Under the pieces are notes generated by a model. It was not told where the DNA came from. It did no database searches and worked only from the letters and a program-made list of their open reading frames with translations. Below are positions 51,230 through 62,549 of a DNA stretch of 64,000 nucleotides, piece after piece. A program made the translations under genes and the position numbers. Numbering within the stretch: the stretch's first letter is position 1; each line of letters begins with the position of its first letter. This DNA is from Alphaproteobacteria bacterium. GTDB lineage: Bacteria; Pseudomonadota; Alphaproteobacteria; Rs-D84. The stretch covers positions 298 to 64,297 of the forward strand of contig JAWPOC010000016.1 of NCBI GenBank assembly GCA_033345235.1, in the 5' to 3' direction.

Positions 51230-53658
51230 TGGATTTTAATAGTTTTTTTCAATATTTCGCCGGCAGTAATTTGTCTGTAACACTGACTGTTATGGTGTTG
51301 GCCGCGATTGTTGTTTTTATAATGTTGTTGATTTATGTGCCAACATTAACCCGTAAAATATTCCCGAAATTCGGATATTCAAAGTATGCTAGTTATTTGC
51401 CGTTCAAGACTGTTTATAATGATAATTCAATGTCTTTGACAGATGGCAGTTTAATTAGGGTCTTTAAAGTCGCAGGTCTGCAAACCAGTATGCAAGATAA
51501 CGCAGTAAAAGAAAAATTCTTGGATTTGCGTTCCCAATTATTTAATCAAATTCGTGATCCAAATGTGGTTTTGCGCTTTTATATGATACGTGATGCCGCA
51601 GATGAAAAGACAAATTATGAATTCGATCAGCCAACATTACAAAAAATATATAATAAATGGCAAGGGCAGGGACTAAAGATATTCTTGAATAGTTATTATA
51701 TCGTTTTATCTGTCGGTGGTGTCGGCGCACGTGAAAAATTAAATCAATATACTAATTACATTGAATCTATATTGGCGCCATATAAACCACAGGTTTTACG
51801 TAATAATATGCCTGATAATATGGCTTGTTTTTTCGGGCGGGTTTTATCACCTATATCTAAGCCGAAACCAAAATATGCAGATAATAATATCGCAAATGTG
51901 ACAACAGTTGATGATGTTGAATTCTTGAATAATGGACTGGTCAGATATATCAGCGGCGCAAATCAATCTTTTGCAGCAATGTTGTCTTTTAAAATATCGC
52001 CTGATTATTTAGATGAAGATTTCTTTGATACTGTTTCAACAATACAAACAGAAATGATTTGTATGAATGGATTTGGTATTATGGGCAGTGCTGATGTTGA
52101 AACAACATTGCGTCAGCGCAGAACAACCGCGAATGAAAAACAAAACTCAACAGCAGAACAAATTTCAGCCGCTGAATCTGTAATGGATGAAAATGTTTCC
52201 GGTAACCAAAGTCTGGTTAATTATTATCCTTTGTTTATTTTGTTTGGCGCAACTGTTCAAGAATTGGAAAAATATATCGACGATTTCAAGAAAATTTCTG
52301 CGTCATTTGGTATATCTCCGATTGTTGAAACGTTTGCTTCAAAAGTTTCTTGGTTTGCACAAATCCCAGGTTTTGATGTTTTTCCGCGCAGCTTTAAATT
52401 GTTATCAAAGGCGGCCGCAATTACTATTCCAATGTCAACACAGCCACGTGGTATACAAAATTCAGATTGGGGCCCTGGGCCACTGGTGGTTTTCCCAACA
52501 GCCCAAGGAACACCATATCAATTTCAATTTCATGTCTCTGATAAACCAGCCGCTGTGGGACATACTTTAACAATCGGGCCAACAGGTGGTGGTAAAACAA
52601 CTTTGTTCTCGTTCTTGATATCACAGTCGTTGCGTCATCCGAAATTAAAGGCATTCTTCTTTGATAGAAACAAAGGGGCAGAAATATTTACACTGTCTGT
52701 TGGTGGAAAATATATCACAATGCAAGGTAAAGAAAAAGCAACCGCAAAAAATATTGTTGAACAATCTTTTGTAACACATTTAAATCCGTTGAAAATGCCG
52801 GATAGTGCCGCAAATAGAGCTTTCTTGCGCAGATGGTTGGCGATTATTTCTGGGCAAAATGATTCTTTGTCCGCAGATGAAATTGCACGTGCGGTGTCTG
52901 TAAATTATGACTATTTATCAGATAGCGACAGATTGTTAAAAAATCTGTGGGAAAGTTGTTTTTCTTCAAATGGTAATATGCGCAGTCCTTTGAAAAAATG
53001 GGTCGATCCATTGCAATATGGCGATATGTTTAACGAAGTTACAGATACATTGGATTTACATTCTAGATTAACAACGTTTGATTTTACTGATATTTTACAA
53101 GATGAAACGTTGGCACCAGCTGTGATTTCTTATATTTTACACAGAATTAATAATACAACTGTGTCCGGAGGAAATCCGTCTTTGATTATGATTGATGAAA
53201 CTGCGCCAATGTTGGAAAACAAAATGTTCCGTGATAACTTTATAATGGGACTGCAAGAAGGACGTAAAAATCGTCAGGCATATATGGTCGCTTTCCAGCG
53301 TGCAAATGTTTTAGATAAACTGGGAATCGGTGACGTTGTACGTGGACAAGCACAAACTGTGTTATTCTTCCGTAACCCAGCCGCAGATGTTAATGATTAT
53401 GCACATTGGAATTTAAATCCAATGGAAATGGCTTTTATCCAAGGTAAAGCTTATCCGAACTTAAAACGTGCTGTTTTGTTATCCAGACCTGTTACCGGTG
53501 AATCTGTGATTTTAAATACAGAACTGGGCGGACTGGGAAATCTGTTAAGATTGTTTGAATCAGGACGTTCTTCGGTGTTGTTGGCAGAAGAATTATATAA
53601 AATGTACGGGAATAATTTTGTAGGCGAATATCTTAAAAAACAAGGTGCAGCAGAATAA
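51226..53658 (+). CDS. virB4: VirB4-family type IV secretion ATPase
   Basis: GHTLTIGPTGGGKTT, FDRNKGAEIF...GGKY, IDE, RK. Confidence 0.9.
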   Translation: MMDFNSFFQYFAGSNLSVTLTVMVLAAIVVFIMLLIYVPTLTRKIFPKFGYSKYASYLPFKTVYNDNSMSLTDGSLIRVFKVAGLQTSMQDNAVKEKFLDLRSQLFNQIRDPNVVLRFYMIRDAADEKTNYEFDQPTLQKIYNKWQGQGLKIFLNSYYIVLSVGGVGAREKLNQYTNYIESILAPYKPQVLRNNMPDNMACFFGRVLSPISKPKPKYADNNIANVTTVDDVEFLNNGLVRYISGANQSFAAMLSFKISPDYLDEDFFDTVSTIQTEMICMNGFGIMGSADVETTLRQRRTTANEKQNSTAEQISAAESVMDENVSGNQSLVNYYPLFILFGATVQELEKYIDDFKKISASFGISPIVETFASKVSWFAQIPGFDVFPRSFKLLSKAAAITIPMSTQPRGIQNSDWGPGPLVVFPTAQGTPYQFQFHVSDKPAAVGHTLTIGPTGGGKTTLFSFLISQSLRHPKLKAFFFDRNKGAEIFTLSVGGKYITMQGKEKATAKNIVEQSFVTHLNPLKMPDSAANRAFLRRWLAIISGQNDSLSADEIARAVSVNYDYLSDSDRLLKNLWESCFSSNGNMRSPLKKWVDPLQYGDMFNEVTDTLDLHSRLTTFDFTDILQDETLAPAVISYILHRINNTTVSGGNPSLIMIDETAPMLENKMFRDNFIMGLQEGRKNRQAYMVAFQRANVLDKLGIGDVVRGQAQTVLFFRNPAADVNDYAHWNLNPMEMAFIQGKAYPNLKRAVLLSRPVTGESVILNTELGGLGNLLRLFESGRSSVLLAEELYKMYGNNFVGEYLKKQGAAE

Positions 53659-53670
53659 GGTGAAATAATA

Positions 53671-54282
53671 TTGAAATATTTATTTAGTATCTTTTTTACT
53701 TTATTTTCTTTTAATGCGTTCGCAGATAAATGTTTGAATTATAAAAAAATTCCACAGGTGTTTTTAAATACGCCTGATTGGGAAAAACAAATAATTCAGC
53801 CGAATACACCAATGGATTTATGGCATGGTAATGTTATCGCAACAATGGTTGATAATTACGATATTGTCGCAGATATCGAAAATATAAATGATGGTTTTTG
53901 TGTGACTTTGAAAACAGTAAATACTGTTGTTGGATATAATAATTTCAGGGTGCATATCGATATAAATCATGTGCCAAATACTTGTTCTTATGATGCAATA
54001 TTGGCACACGAAGAACAACATATTCAGACTTATTTATCAGTAATTGATGATTTTAAAGCCGATTTTCAAAAATCTGTGTTTTCAGCAGCTGATTCTATTA
54101 TGCCAATATATGTGAAAAATCGCGAAGATATTAATTCTGCAATTGATATGATGCATAAAGAATTACAATCACATCCTGATTTAATACTGATAAAACAAAA
54201 AATCAAAGCCGCCGAAGAAATTAGAAATAAAAAAATAGACCAAAATAATAATTCTGATGAATTAAAAAAATGTTTCGAATAA
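53671..54282 (+). CDS. secreted putative Zn-metalloprotease (DUF922-like)
   Basis: TTG start, signal peptide, C.Y..IL.HEEQH. Confidence 0.65.
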   Translation: MKYLFSIFFTLFSFNAFADKCLNYKKIPQVFLNTPDWEKQIIQPNTPMDLWHGNVIATMVDNYDIVADIENINDGFCVTLKTVNTVVGYNNFRVHIDINHVPNTCSYDAILAHEEQHIQTYLSVIDDFKADFQKSVFSAADSIMPIYVKNREDINSAIDMMHKELQSHPDLILIKQKIKAAEEIRNKKIDQNNNSDELKKCFE

Positions 54283-54307
54283 AAAGACCGGTTTTTACCG
54301 GCTTTTT

Positions 54308-54898
54308 TTAAAATGTATATCGTGCGCCAATTGAAAATTCAGACATATTATTTATAAATGTTGTATTTATTGGCATATACTGATATTGCACCATCATTGA
54401 TACTTTGTCCCCCGGAAATGTATACATAAAACCAATCCCAAGTCGGGTCGATGTATTATCAAAAGTCCTTTTTTCTTCTGTTACAACAATATTATCAAAA
54501 TAATCAAAAGTATTTTCAATTCTATAATTCGCAACACCAAAAGTAGTAAAGAAATCAAAATTCGAGGTTATCCCATAATATCCATAAATGTTAAAACCAA
54601 GACTTTGAAAATATAATTCATGATTTATAGTGTAATAATCATATATATAATCCAGTGAATTTGTTGACGAGTGCGAGAAAAATAACTCTATCCCAAAGTT
54701 TCGGCCAATACGTGCGCCTGCATTTATTGTTGCAGATACATATTCTTTGTCTAAATCATCAATTTGAACAGTATAATTCGCAATATTAAATCCAGCGTTT
54801 ATACCAATATAAGGCTTAAAATTAGGGGTGTTTATATAAATATTTGCAAAAGATACGTTCGTAAAAAATATAATAAATAATACAACAAGTTTTTTCAT
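54308..54898 (-). CDS. outer-membrane beta-barrel protein
   Basis: Signal peptide, PYIG, C-terminal GARYTF. Confidence 0.85.
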   Translation of the reverse strand: MKKLVVLFIIFFTNVSFANIYINTPNFKPYIGINAGFNIANYTVQIDDLDKEYVSATINAGARIGRNFGIELFFSHSSTNSLDYIYDYYTINHELYFQSLGFNIYGYYGITSNFDFFTTFGVANYRIENTFDYFDNIVVTEEKRTFDNTSTRLGIGFMYTFPGDKVSMMVQYQYMPINTTFINNMSEFSIGARYTF

Positions 54899-54996
54899 AT
54901 TATGTCCTTTTTTGTAATTATAAAAGATATTTTTACGTAAAGTAAATATGTAAAAAAGTATAATAAAAATATGAGAAATATGATATAGTTATCTAT

Positions 54997-57900
54997 ATGA
55001 ATAAACTGGAAAATCTTTTAGATAAAAAAATAATAGAAACTTTACGTCTGTATAGCCCTGATTCACAGATGCATAAACTGGTCGGCGATAAATTGCGTTT
55101 TATATTTCAAAAGTTATTTAGAAATACAGATATTAATTTGGACGATTTTTATTTTACTGTGTCCGCAGATTCTAAACCAAATGCGTTCTTTATTTCTTCA
55201 GAACATACAGACGATAAAAAAACTAATATAATTTGTGTCACCGAAGGATTAATACCAAAACTGCAGAATATAGAACAATTGGCGGCGATAATTGCACATG
55301 AATCTGGACATTATGTTTGGAATGAATTATTGGGTGGAAGAAATACTTTGTTCCAAGAAAGGGCAGCTGATGTACATAGTGTAGATTTAATGATTAATGC
55401 TGGATATAATCCACGATATATAATAAGTGCGTTAAATCTGATATTAAATTTCAGTAAAATTAATGCGTTAAGTTTTGATGTTCATGGCAGCAGTAAAACC
55501 AGAGTTTCTGATGTAGAAGCATATATCACAAAAATATCAAATGAACGTGGGGTATTCGATGAAATCGATGATAATAAAGTTAGTTCTGAATATAATCAAT
55601 TTGTTACAGATGTGTATAATGCCAAGAAAAAAGATGATTATTCAACATATCTGGAATCTGTTATAAAAAAACAATTCAGTACCAAGGATTTAAATAAAAT
55701 TCTAAACGATGATTTGTTTAAATTATTTATATCGGAATTAAAAAATAAAAATGTAAATACTGAAATTCGTTTACAAAATTTATTAGATCTTTTAAAAGAT
55801 ATAAAGTTTAAAAAACGAGCAAATCCTGATTTAATTTATGATTTAGTCTTGGAAATAATTAATACAGCAAGTGTACTTGATTTTGATTTATCGTATAATT
55901 TAAGTGATTTTATAAGAAAAGCAAATATCCCCAGTCGTGGTAAATTTACAGAATTAATAAAAGCACGTGCGGAATTTGTTGATGCTGTAAATTCTTTTGA
56001 TATGGAAAGTGCCGCAGAGTTCGCAAAAATTATAGACAGTGCAGGTAATTTAAATAAATATGTATTTGATTTTTCAGATTTTAAATATTCTGAAGAAGAA
56101 ATAAAATTACAGGGTGAAAAAAATATTGGACATATGACGCCTTGGGAAGAAGCGTCAAGAAGCCCTGATATGTTGACAAGAGATATTATTACACAAAGGT
56201 TTGGTATAAAAAATATAGAAAAACATAATGAACAATTATTAACAAAATATGCTTTTGAAAACAGAGAAGGAAAAAACATAGTTGTCGCATATGGTCAGGG
56301 TATAGAAGAGTATAATCGTAGAAAAATATATGAAATGTATGATTATGCCGCAAGAAAACAAGTTGATTTTATAGATGATTTTCTTGAAAAAGCCAATTTG
56401 TTGGCGCGACTTGGACGTGGGGATATTTCGGTCGAAGAATATATGAAGATTGTAAATAAAAATAAAGTGTTTGATAAAGGTTATTATTATCTTGATAATA
56501 TAGATAGATTTTTTAATGGTAATTTTAAGTTTATCAGGGAGTTTTTAGAAAAAAATATAGATTATAAATTGTATTTTGATATGGCTAGTGTCAATAGATA
56601 TATTGATACAGAAAAAAATCCAAAATATCCATACAGAAGTGCTTATATAGAAGATTTATTTAGAAAAATAAAACAGTCTGAATTTTATAATTATTTTATA
56701 AAAAATGATGCTTCTGATTTGTTTGCAACTGAATATTATAATGAAGATAATTTAAAATTAATGTCCGCACATGATATAGAAAGATATATATCAAATATAA
56801 AAAATATATCTAGGTGTAATTCTTTATATGAAAAATATTTACAAATATTCTTTAAGTTTATCGAATATTTTAAAACACAAGGTGATAATTATTCTGCCGG
56901 TCTTTTTGCGAATGCTATCTTATCAGAATATACTGTTTATAGAGATGGTTTTAATCCTATAGATGTAAGTGCATTTGATAAAAAAATAAACAAAGAAGAA
57001 TTACAGAAAAAATATAATGAAGTTCATTCAAAGGAAACAATAAAGCACTCAGAAATAAGAGCAAAAATTAAACGTAAAGCAATACTGGAATTAAGTCATT
57101 CACAATATTGTGCATTACATGATATACATGAATTAGCTGATGCTATCGAAGATGAATTTGAATATAATAATAAGTCTGAATTATTAGAAAATATCTTGGG
57201 GGCGTTTGATAAAAAATTCCCAATAAATATGCAGGAATTGGTAAATATTATTGAAAACAATAAACTGGAACGTTTCTCTATGTTTTTTGTCGCAGAATAT
57301 ATCAGACGTGGTTATGAATTTAATATTCAGACTTTTATGAAAGCAAAATTTAGCAAAGTATTTTATAGCAGAGATTGTATAAATCATACATTGGCAGATT
57401 GGATGACGAAAAATAATATTATGAATATTTTGCCTTTGTCAGATAAGTTGGAATTATATGAATGTTTATTAAAAAATAATTTGTTTTATGAAAAAAGCGC
57501 AAATAAAAATGAATTTATAAAAGTAATAGTTGATGAAATTATCAGAACAAATTCTGTCCAATATGCAGAAAATATTTTAATGCGCGCAAATTATCTGACA
57601 GGTGATGTGTCAGACAGAAAAAACGAAGATCTTGAATTTATTATACAACGTGAACAATTAATAGATTTTGTTGCAAATCATTATGCAAAACAACTGGGGC
57701 GCGATGATAAATCAAAAGATTTTGAATATAACGCAAAAAAAACCGCATATTATGTTTCTGGGGTTTTTGGATATGGTACAAAACGATTTTCTTATTCTGT
57801 CGCAAAAAGTATATTGGAAAAAATATCACAGAAAGTTGTATCCCAAGAAAAAGTAGCACGTATTTTTGATGACGCAACAGTCAGAAAATTAAACGGTGGA

Positions 57901-59793
57901 ACGGTTGAAAAATATGATTATTATGGACGTGCAGTTGAAAGTATTTTTGAATTATTATCAGAAAAACCAGAATATGCATATGCAGGTATAGAATTTTTAA
58001 ATCAAAAAATTTCTGATAAATCTATCGCAGAATTAAATAAAAAATTAGAAACCAGAATTTCGAATAATTCTTATTATCAAACGATGTTAAGTAAACAAAA
58101 TTTAACAATCGCACACCAGAATTTCTGGGCCGCAGATTTAGAAGTTCGTGCGTATTTAATGTCGCGATTATTAAATGCATATTCAAAGGATGATAATCAA
58201 AAAATAGATTTAGTTGTTGATATGTTCTTTGATAAAAAATCAACTTATTACAAAGACGCAAAGCTAGTTGTTGGGTCGTTATATAATAATCTAGAAGATT
58301 ATGAACGTAGTTTGGTCTTGGGCGCAGTTACAGCCGCGTCACAGCGTGATGAAAATAATAATATGACCGGTGGTGAAACAATTGGTCGTGGATTAAAAAT
58401 GTTCTTTGCCGCAAAGGGGGCCGCGTTTATTAAATTTGGACAATTGTTGTCTTATATGCCGATGCTGGATTCTGATATTCGTAAAGAATTATCAACAATG
58501 CGCGATAATGCTAAGGTTCCCAGTCGTATGGAATTAATAAATATGATAAACGATACATTGCCCAAAACAGAACGTGATAAAATTTCATACGTTGGTAAAG
58601 TCTTGGGTGCAGGGTCTTTCTTTGTTTCTGTGCAAGTTACTTATGAGGGCAAAGACGCAGTAATCGCACTGAAAAGACCTTATACAAATGAACTGACAGA
58701 ATCTGGTATGAATTTGATTGGTAAAACAATTGATGATTTAATAAAAGCTGATTCAAAATATAAACCATTAAAGAATATCGCAAAACAAGCAAAATTGTCT
58801 GCTATGTCAGAGATAGATATCAAAACTGATTATCAAAAATATCGAGACGCAATCAAAATATACGAAGGTTTTACTGTTCAAACACCAAACGCTGTGTACA
58901 GACCGGATGTTGCACAATGGTATGCATATGGGGAATCTGAAAATGGCGCACATGCATATAAAATTATGGAAATGGCCAGTGGAGAATCTCTGATATCAAA
59001 CACAATGTCTGAACAAGAAAAACATGATGCGGCCGTCGCATATGTTACGCTGGAATTATCTATATTGTTGTCAGGACAAAAATGGGATACAGATAGACAC
59101 CAAGGACAACAGAATTTTTATAATTCTTCATTTAGAAACTTTATGGTCGGTATCTTTGATACAGGCGCACAAATGGATAAAAAACCAAAGACGTTCGATA
59201 AAATTATGCTGGGAGCGTTGTTGTATTCTTTGGTAAATACAGTGCATTCGGGAAAATCTGTATCAGATGTTTTAATAGACAGTGTTAAAAAATTAGATAA
59301 TTTCGCAGATGTTCTAAAACAAGATACTGTTTATATCGACGGTGTTCAACGTGGATTAACAGCGCTGTCAGATATTATGGAATATCAAAAAGAAATAAAA
59401 GATGCTAGCGGTAAAGTTATACAAGAAAGTAGGTCACTGACAACAAATGATTTCGTTAAAATTATCGGTGCAATATATAAATCAGGACTGGTCGATAAAA
59501 CAGTAAAACGTTCTGTTGTAGCATCAGCTGTTTTGGATAATATTATGCCAAACAAAGGGTTGCTAAAGTTACTGAAAATGCTGGATGATAAATCTACAGA
59601 TGATGAAATTGTGGTCAGTTATCAAGAACAAGATAGACGCCGAAAAAAATCTGTCTTTATGGGATTGTCAGAACAAGAAATATCAGAAAAATTAAAACAA
59701 AAACAAGCAGATGAACATCTGGGAATTAAACGCGGACTGACAGAAAGAAAAGAACAAGTCATAGATGTGAATAAACTGGCAATGGGTTTTTAA
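54997..59793 (+). CDS. 1598-aa protein: N-terminal M48 metallopeptidase plus C-terminal ABC1/UbiB-like kinase domain
   Basis: PNAF, IAHESGH, ERAAD, SFDVH; IKFGQLLS, LGAGS, ALKRP, DTDRHQGQ, IFDTG. Confidence 0.8.
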   Translation: MNKLENLLDKKIIETLRLYSPDSQMHKLVGDKLRFIFQKLFRNTDINLDDFYFTVSADSKPNAFFISSEHTDDKKTNIICVTEGLIPKLQNIEQLAAIIAHESGHYVWNELLGGRNTLFQERAADVHSVDLMINAGYNPRYIISALNLILNFSKINALSFDVHGSSKTRVSDVEAYITKISNERGVFDEIDDNKVSSEYNQFVTDVYNAKKKDDYSTYLESVIKKQFSTKDLNKILNDDLFKLFISELKNKNVNTEIRLQNLLDLLKDIKFKKRANPDLIYDLVLEIINTASVLDFDLSYNLSDFIRKANIPSRGKFTELIKARAEFVDAVNSFDMESAAEFAKIIDSAGNLNKYVFDFSDFKYSEEEIKLQGEKNIGHMTPWEEASRSPDMLTRDIITQRFGIKNIEKHNEQLLTKYAFENREGKNIVVAYGQGIEEYNRRKIYEMYDYAARKQVDFIDDFLEKANLLARLGRGDISVEEYMKIVNKNKVFDKGYYYLDNIDRFFNGNFKFIREFLEKNIDYKLYFDMASVNRYIDTEKNPKYPYRSAYIEDLFRKIKQSEFYNYFIKNDASDLFATEYYNEDNLKLMSAHDIERYISNIKNISRCNSLYEKYLQIFFKFIEYFKTQGDNYSAGLFANAILSEYTVYRDGFNPIDVSAFDKKINKEELQKKYNEVHSKETIKHSEIRAKIKRKAILELSHSQYCALHDIHELADAIEDEFEYNNKSELLENILGAFDKKFPINMQELVNIIENNKLERFSMFFVAEYIRRGYEFNIQTFMKAKFSKVFYSRDCINHTLADWMTKNNIMNILPLSDKLELYECLLKNNLFYEKSANKNEFIKVIVDEIIRTNSVQYAENILMRANYLTGDVSDRKNEDLEFIIQREQLIDFVANHYAKQLGRDDKSKDFEYNAKKTAYYVSGVFGYGTKRFSYSVAKSILEKISQKVVSQEKVARIFDDATVRKLNGGTVEKYDYYGRAVESIFELLSEKPEYAYAGIEFLNQKISDKSIAELNKKLETRISNNSYYQTMLSKQNLTIAHQNFWAADLEVRAYLMSRLLNAYSKDDNQKIDLVVDMFFDKKSTYYKDAKLVVGSLYNNLEDYERSLVLGAVTAASQRDENNNMTGGETIGRGLKMFFAAKGAAFIKFGQLLSYMPMLDSDIRKELSTMRDNAKVPSRMELINMINDTLPKTERDKISYVGKVLGAGSFFVSVQVTYEGKDAVIALKRPYTNELTESGMNLIGKTIDDLIKADSKYKPLKNIAKQAKLSAMSEIDIKTDYQKYRDAIKIYEGFTVQTPNAVYRPDVAQWYAYGESENGAHAYKIMEMASGESLISNTMSEQEKHDAAVAYVTLELSILLSGQKWDTDRHQGQQNFYNSSFRNFMVGIFDTGAQMDKKPKTFDKIMLGALLYSLVNTVHSGKSVSDVLIDSVKKLDNFADVLKQDTVYIDGVQRGLTALSDIMEYQKEIKDASGKVIQESRSLTTNDFVKIIGAIYKSGLVDKTVKRSVVASAVLDNIMPNKGLLKLLKMLDDKSTDDEIVVSYQEQDRRRKKSVFMGLSEQEISEKLKQKQADEHLGIKRGLTERKEQVIDVNKLAMGF

Positions 59794-60488
59794 CCAAAAT
59801 AAAAGTAAATCGCAATTGGCGCAACAACTGCGGTTATTAAGCCAGATAATACAATCGCCAAAGAACTGAAAGAACCTTCGATTTTTCCCATTTCCATGGC
59901 TTTGACAGTACCCGCTGCGTGTGATGCATTTCCAATCGCCAGACCGCATGATATCGGGTTCTTTAGTTTCATCCATTGACATAATTTATCACTGACAGAT
60001 GCACCCAAGATGCCTGTGATAATAACCGCAGAAACAGTCAAAGATACCATCCCGCCCAGTTTTTCTGTTATACCTATTGCTAATGCAGTTGTAACAGATA
60101 TAGATACCAAAGAACGCGCAATAATATCAGACAGCCCCAGCAATATTACCAATACACATACAGATATTACGGATGCCAGAACACCAATAAATACCGCAAA
60201 TAAAATTGTTAAAATATGCTTTTTTAATAACGGTAATTGGCGATACATCGGAACAGCAAAACATACAGTCACAGGAACTAGAAAATATGTTAAATATTTT
60301 GCAGTATTATTGTATGTCTGATATGGGATATCGCATGATAATAATATCACAATCACCATCACAGTCGCCAAGAACAAAGGTGTTGTAAACGGATTTGGCC
60401 ACTTTTTGTTTATAAACGTCGCCAGTATAAACGTGACGATTGTAAGCGCTGCGCCAAAGTATGTTGAACCTGTGATTAAATTAATCAT
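59790..60488 (-). CDS. lrgB: LrgB family protein
   Basis: P.TV..AVP.Y, SVTTA.A, G..SHA.GT..A. Confidence 0.92.
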   Translation of the reverse strand: MINLITGSTYFGAALTIVTFILATFINKKWPNPFTTPLFLATVMVIVILLSCDIPYQTYNNTAKYLTYFLVPVTVCFAVPMYRQLPLLKKHILTILFAVFIGVLASVISVCVLVILLGLSDIIARSLVSISVTTALAIGITEKLGGMVSLTVSAVIITGILGASVSDKLCQWMKLKNPISCGLAIGNASHAAGTVKAMEMGKIEGSFSSLAIVLSGLITAVVAPIAIYFYFG

Positions 60489-60844
60489 TTTTTATTCCGT
60501 TTATTCTTGTTTAAAAAGTAATCTGCAGTCTTGCCGGTAATAATCATCGTGACAAAATATGCGACAATTAATAAAATCACCAAGAAATACCATATGTCTG
60601 AAATATCTGACCATATGTCAATAACTGCAACCGCAGGCGCAATAAAGAATAATGCCATAACACTGTGAAACCAATCCGCAACATCTGATACCCAGTTTAG
60701 CTTTATAACCCCCATCCATAGCGCAATAAACAGTAATAATAACCCGTAAATGCTGCCGGCAATAGGTAATGGAATAAAGTATTCACACACTTCACCCAGA
60801 AATACGAAAATTAAAATAATCATAAATTGTAATAGGTATTTCAT
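60485..60844 (-). CDS. lrgA: CidA/LrgA family holin-like protein
   Basis: LGE......P..GSI.G..LLF, M.LFF..PAV. Confidence 0.9.
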   Translation of the reverse strand: MKYLLQFMIILIFVFLGEVCEYFIPLPIAGSIYGLLLLFIALWMGVIKLNWVSDVADWFHSVMALFFIAPAVAVIDIWSDISDIWYFLVILLIVAYFVTMIITGKTADYFLNKNKRNKK

Positions 60845-60932
60845 ATAAACTCTCTCTGTGACAAGAATTATAAATAAAAGCCTAAGTTTTTAAAAGATGT
60901 TTTTAATGGTTATAATTAATTTGTTTATAAAT

Positions 60933-62549
60933 TTATGACTTGTTTTTGTCCATATACCGTTTGACAATATCTTCATCAAAAAACTGTAAACGCCCACTGG
61001 GTAACATTAACATTCGTTCAACCCCAAGATGTCTAAGAAATTCTAAATCATGACTAACAATTAACAGTGTTCCGCCATAGTCATGTAAACTGTTTGCAAT
61101 GACTTGCTTTGTCGCGATATCTAAATGATTTGTCGGTTCGTCTAATAATAAAGTATTTGCACCGCTTAAGCATAATTTACACAATTCAAGACGACTGCGT
61201 TCCCCAGGAGATAATGTCTGTACAGTTTGTTTTAGTTTGTCATCTATAAAATTAAAATGACTTAAGACAGAGCGTAATTTCGCCGCAGGTAAATTTGAAA
61301 CTTTTGATACATTATCAAAAACACTGGTTTTAAAATCCAAGGTTTCATGTTCTTGGGCATAATAACCAATATCTGTTTTTTTGCCGATATAAATTTTCCC
61401 TGTGTCAGGTTTTAAAATTCCGTTTATCAATTTTAATAATGTTGATTTTCCAGCACCATTTTCACCAACAATAATGAATTTTTCACCATGATTCAGTGAA
61501 AAAGATAATCGCTTAATAACAGGTTTTTTTGCGTCATATGCAAAGTTTAAATTTTCAACATTGATTGGTATAACATCTTCTGGTCGGTTCGGCCTTAGGT
61601 CTAAATCAATCGATTTTTTCTCTTGTGCGATTGTAACTAAATTTCGTTTCTTTTTTTCTAACAGTTTTTCACGACTTTGTGCCTGACGTTTAATTTTTCC
61701 AGATTTTCCACGTTGAGCATCGATGAATTTTTGTATTCTGTTGATTTCTTCCATTTGTTTTTGGAATTGTCTTTCTAAACTGGCGTTTGTTTCTGCAAGA
61801 GTTTTTATAAATTTACTATATCCAAAATTGTATAAAGTACCTGTATGAGACATTGTATCCATATATAAAACTTTGTCAGCGACTTTGTTTAAAAATTCCT
61901 CGTCGTGCGAAATAAATATTACAGTTGCATTTGTTTTTATTAAATAGTTCATCATCCAATCACGACTGGCTGCGTCCAGATGATTTGTCGGTTCGTCCAA
62001 GAATAAAATGTTTGGACGTGAATATAATGTTCTAATAAAAGATATTTTTGATTTTTGACCGCCTGATAATTTCCCCAGTTTTTTATTAAGGTTTTCTGGT
62101 GGAATTCCCATCTGGATAATCATATTATCTAATTCAGATTCTGCAGAATATCCGTCCCAACTATCAAATTCGTTTTGATATTGCCCCAAAAGATTTAAAG
62201 TTTCAGCAGATGTGTCACCATTTGATATCTGTTGGTATATTTCAGCAATCTTGCTTTCTATTTGCGGCAAAGGACGCCCAGAACGCAGAAAATCATGAAC
62301 GTTCATATCTTCGGGCAAATTTAATTCATCTACGGTTTGTGGCATCCATCCAATTCGTGGGTTTTTACCCATAAAAAATTCGCCAGAATCATAAGATATT
62401 TGATCCAGTAAAATTCTAACCAAAGTGGATTTTCCAGCACCGTTCAAACCGACAATTGCCACTTTGTCAGCGTCTGCGACAGAAAAACTCAGATTTTTAA
62501 TAATCTGATTTCCATCAAAAGATTTTTCAAGATTTTTAACGATTAACAT
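60933..62549 (-). CDS. ABC-F family ATPase
   Basis: Two ABC domains (GxNGAGKST, LDEPTNHLD twice), no TM segments. Confidence 0.95.
   Translation of the reverse strand: MLIVKNLEKSFDGNQIIKNLSFSVADADKVAIVGLNGAGKSTLVRILLDQISYDSGEFFMGKNPRIGWMPQTVDELNLPEDMNVHDFLRSGRPLPQIESKIAEIYQQISNGDTSAETLNLLGQYQNEFDSWDGYSAESELDNMIIQMGIPPENLNKKLGKLSGGQKSKISFIRTLYSRPNILFLDEPTNHLDAASRDWMMNYLIKTNATVIFISHDEEFLNKVADKVLYMDTMSHTGTLYNFGYSKFIKTLAETNASLERQFQKQMEEINRIQKFIDAQRGKSGKIKRQAQSREKLLEKKKRNLVTIAQEKKSIDLDLRPNRPEDVIPINVENLNFAYDAKKPVIKRLSFSLNHGEKFIIVGENGAGKSTLLKLINGILKPDTGKIYIGKKTDIGYYAQEHETLDFKTSVFDNVSKVSNLPAAKLRSVLSHFNFIDDKLKQTVQTLSPGERSRLELCKLCLSGANTLLLDEPTNHLDIATKQVIANSLHDYGGTLLIVSHDLEFLRHLGVERMLMLPSGRLQFFDEDIVKRYMDKNKS

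Noticed and set aside
59790-60844. lrgA/lrgB as a phage lysis cassette
   Set aside because: Common chromosomal pair; no endolysin or phage context
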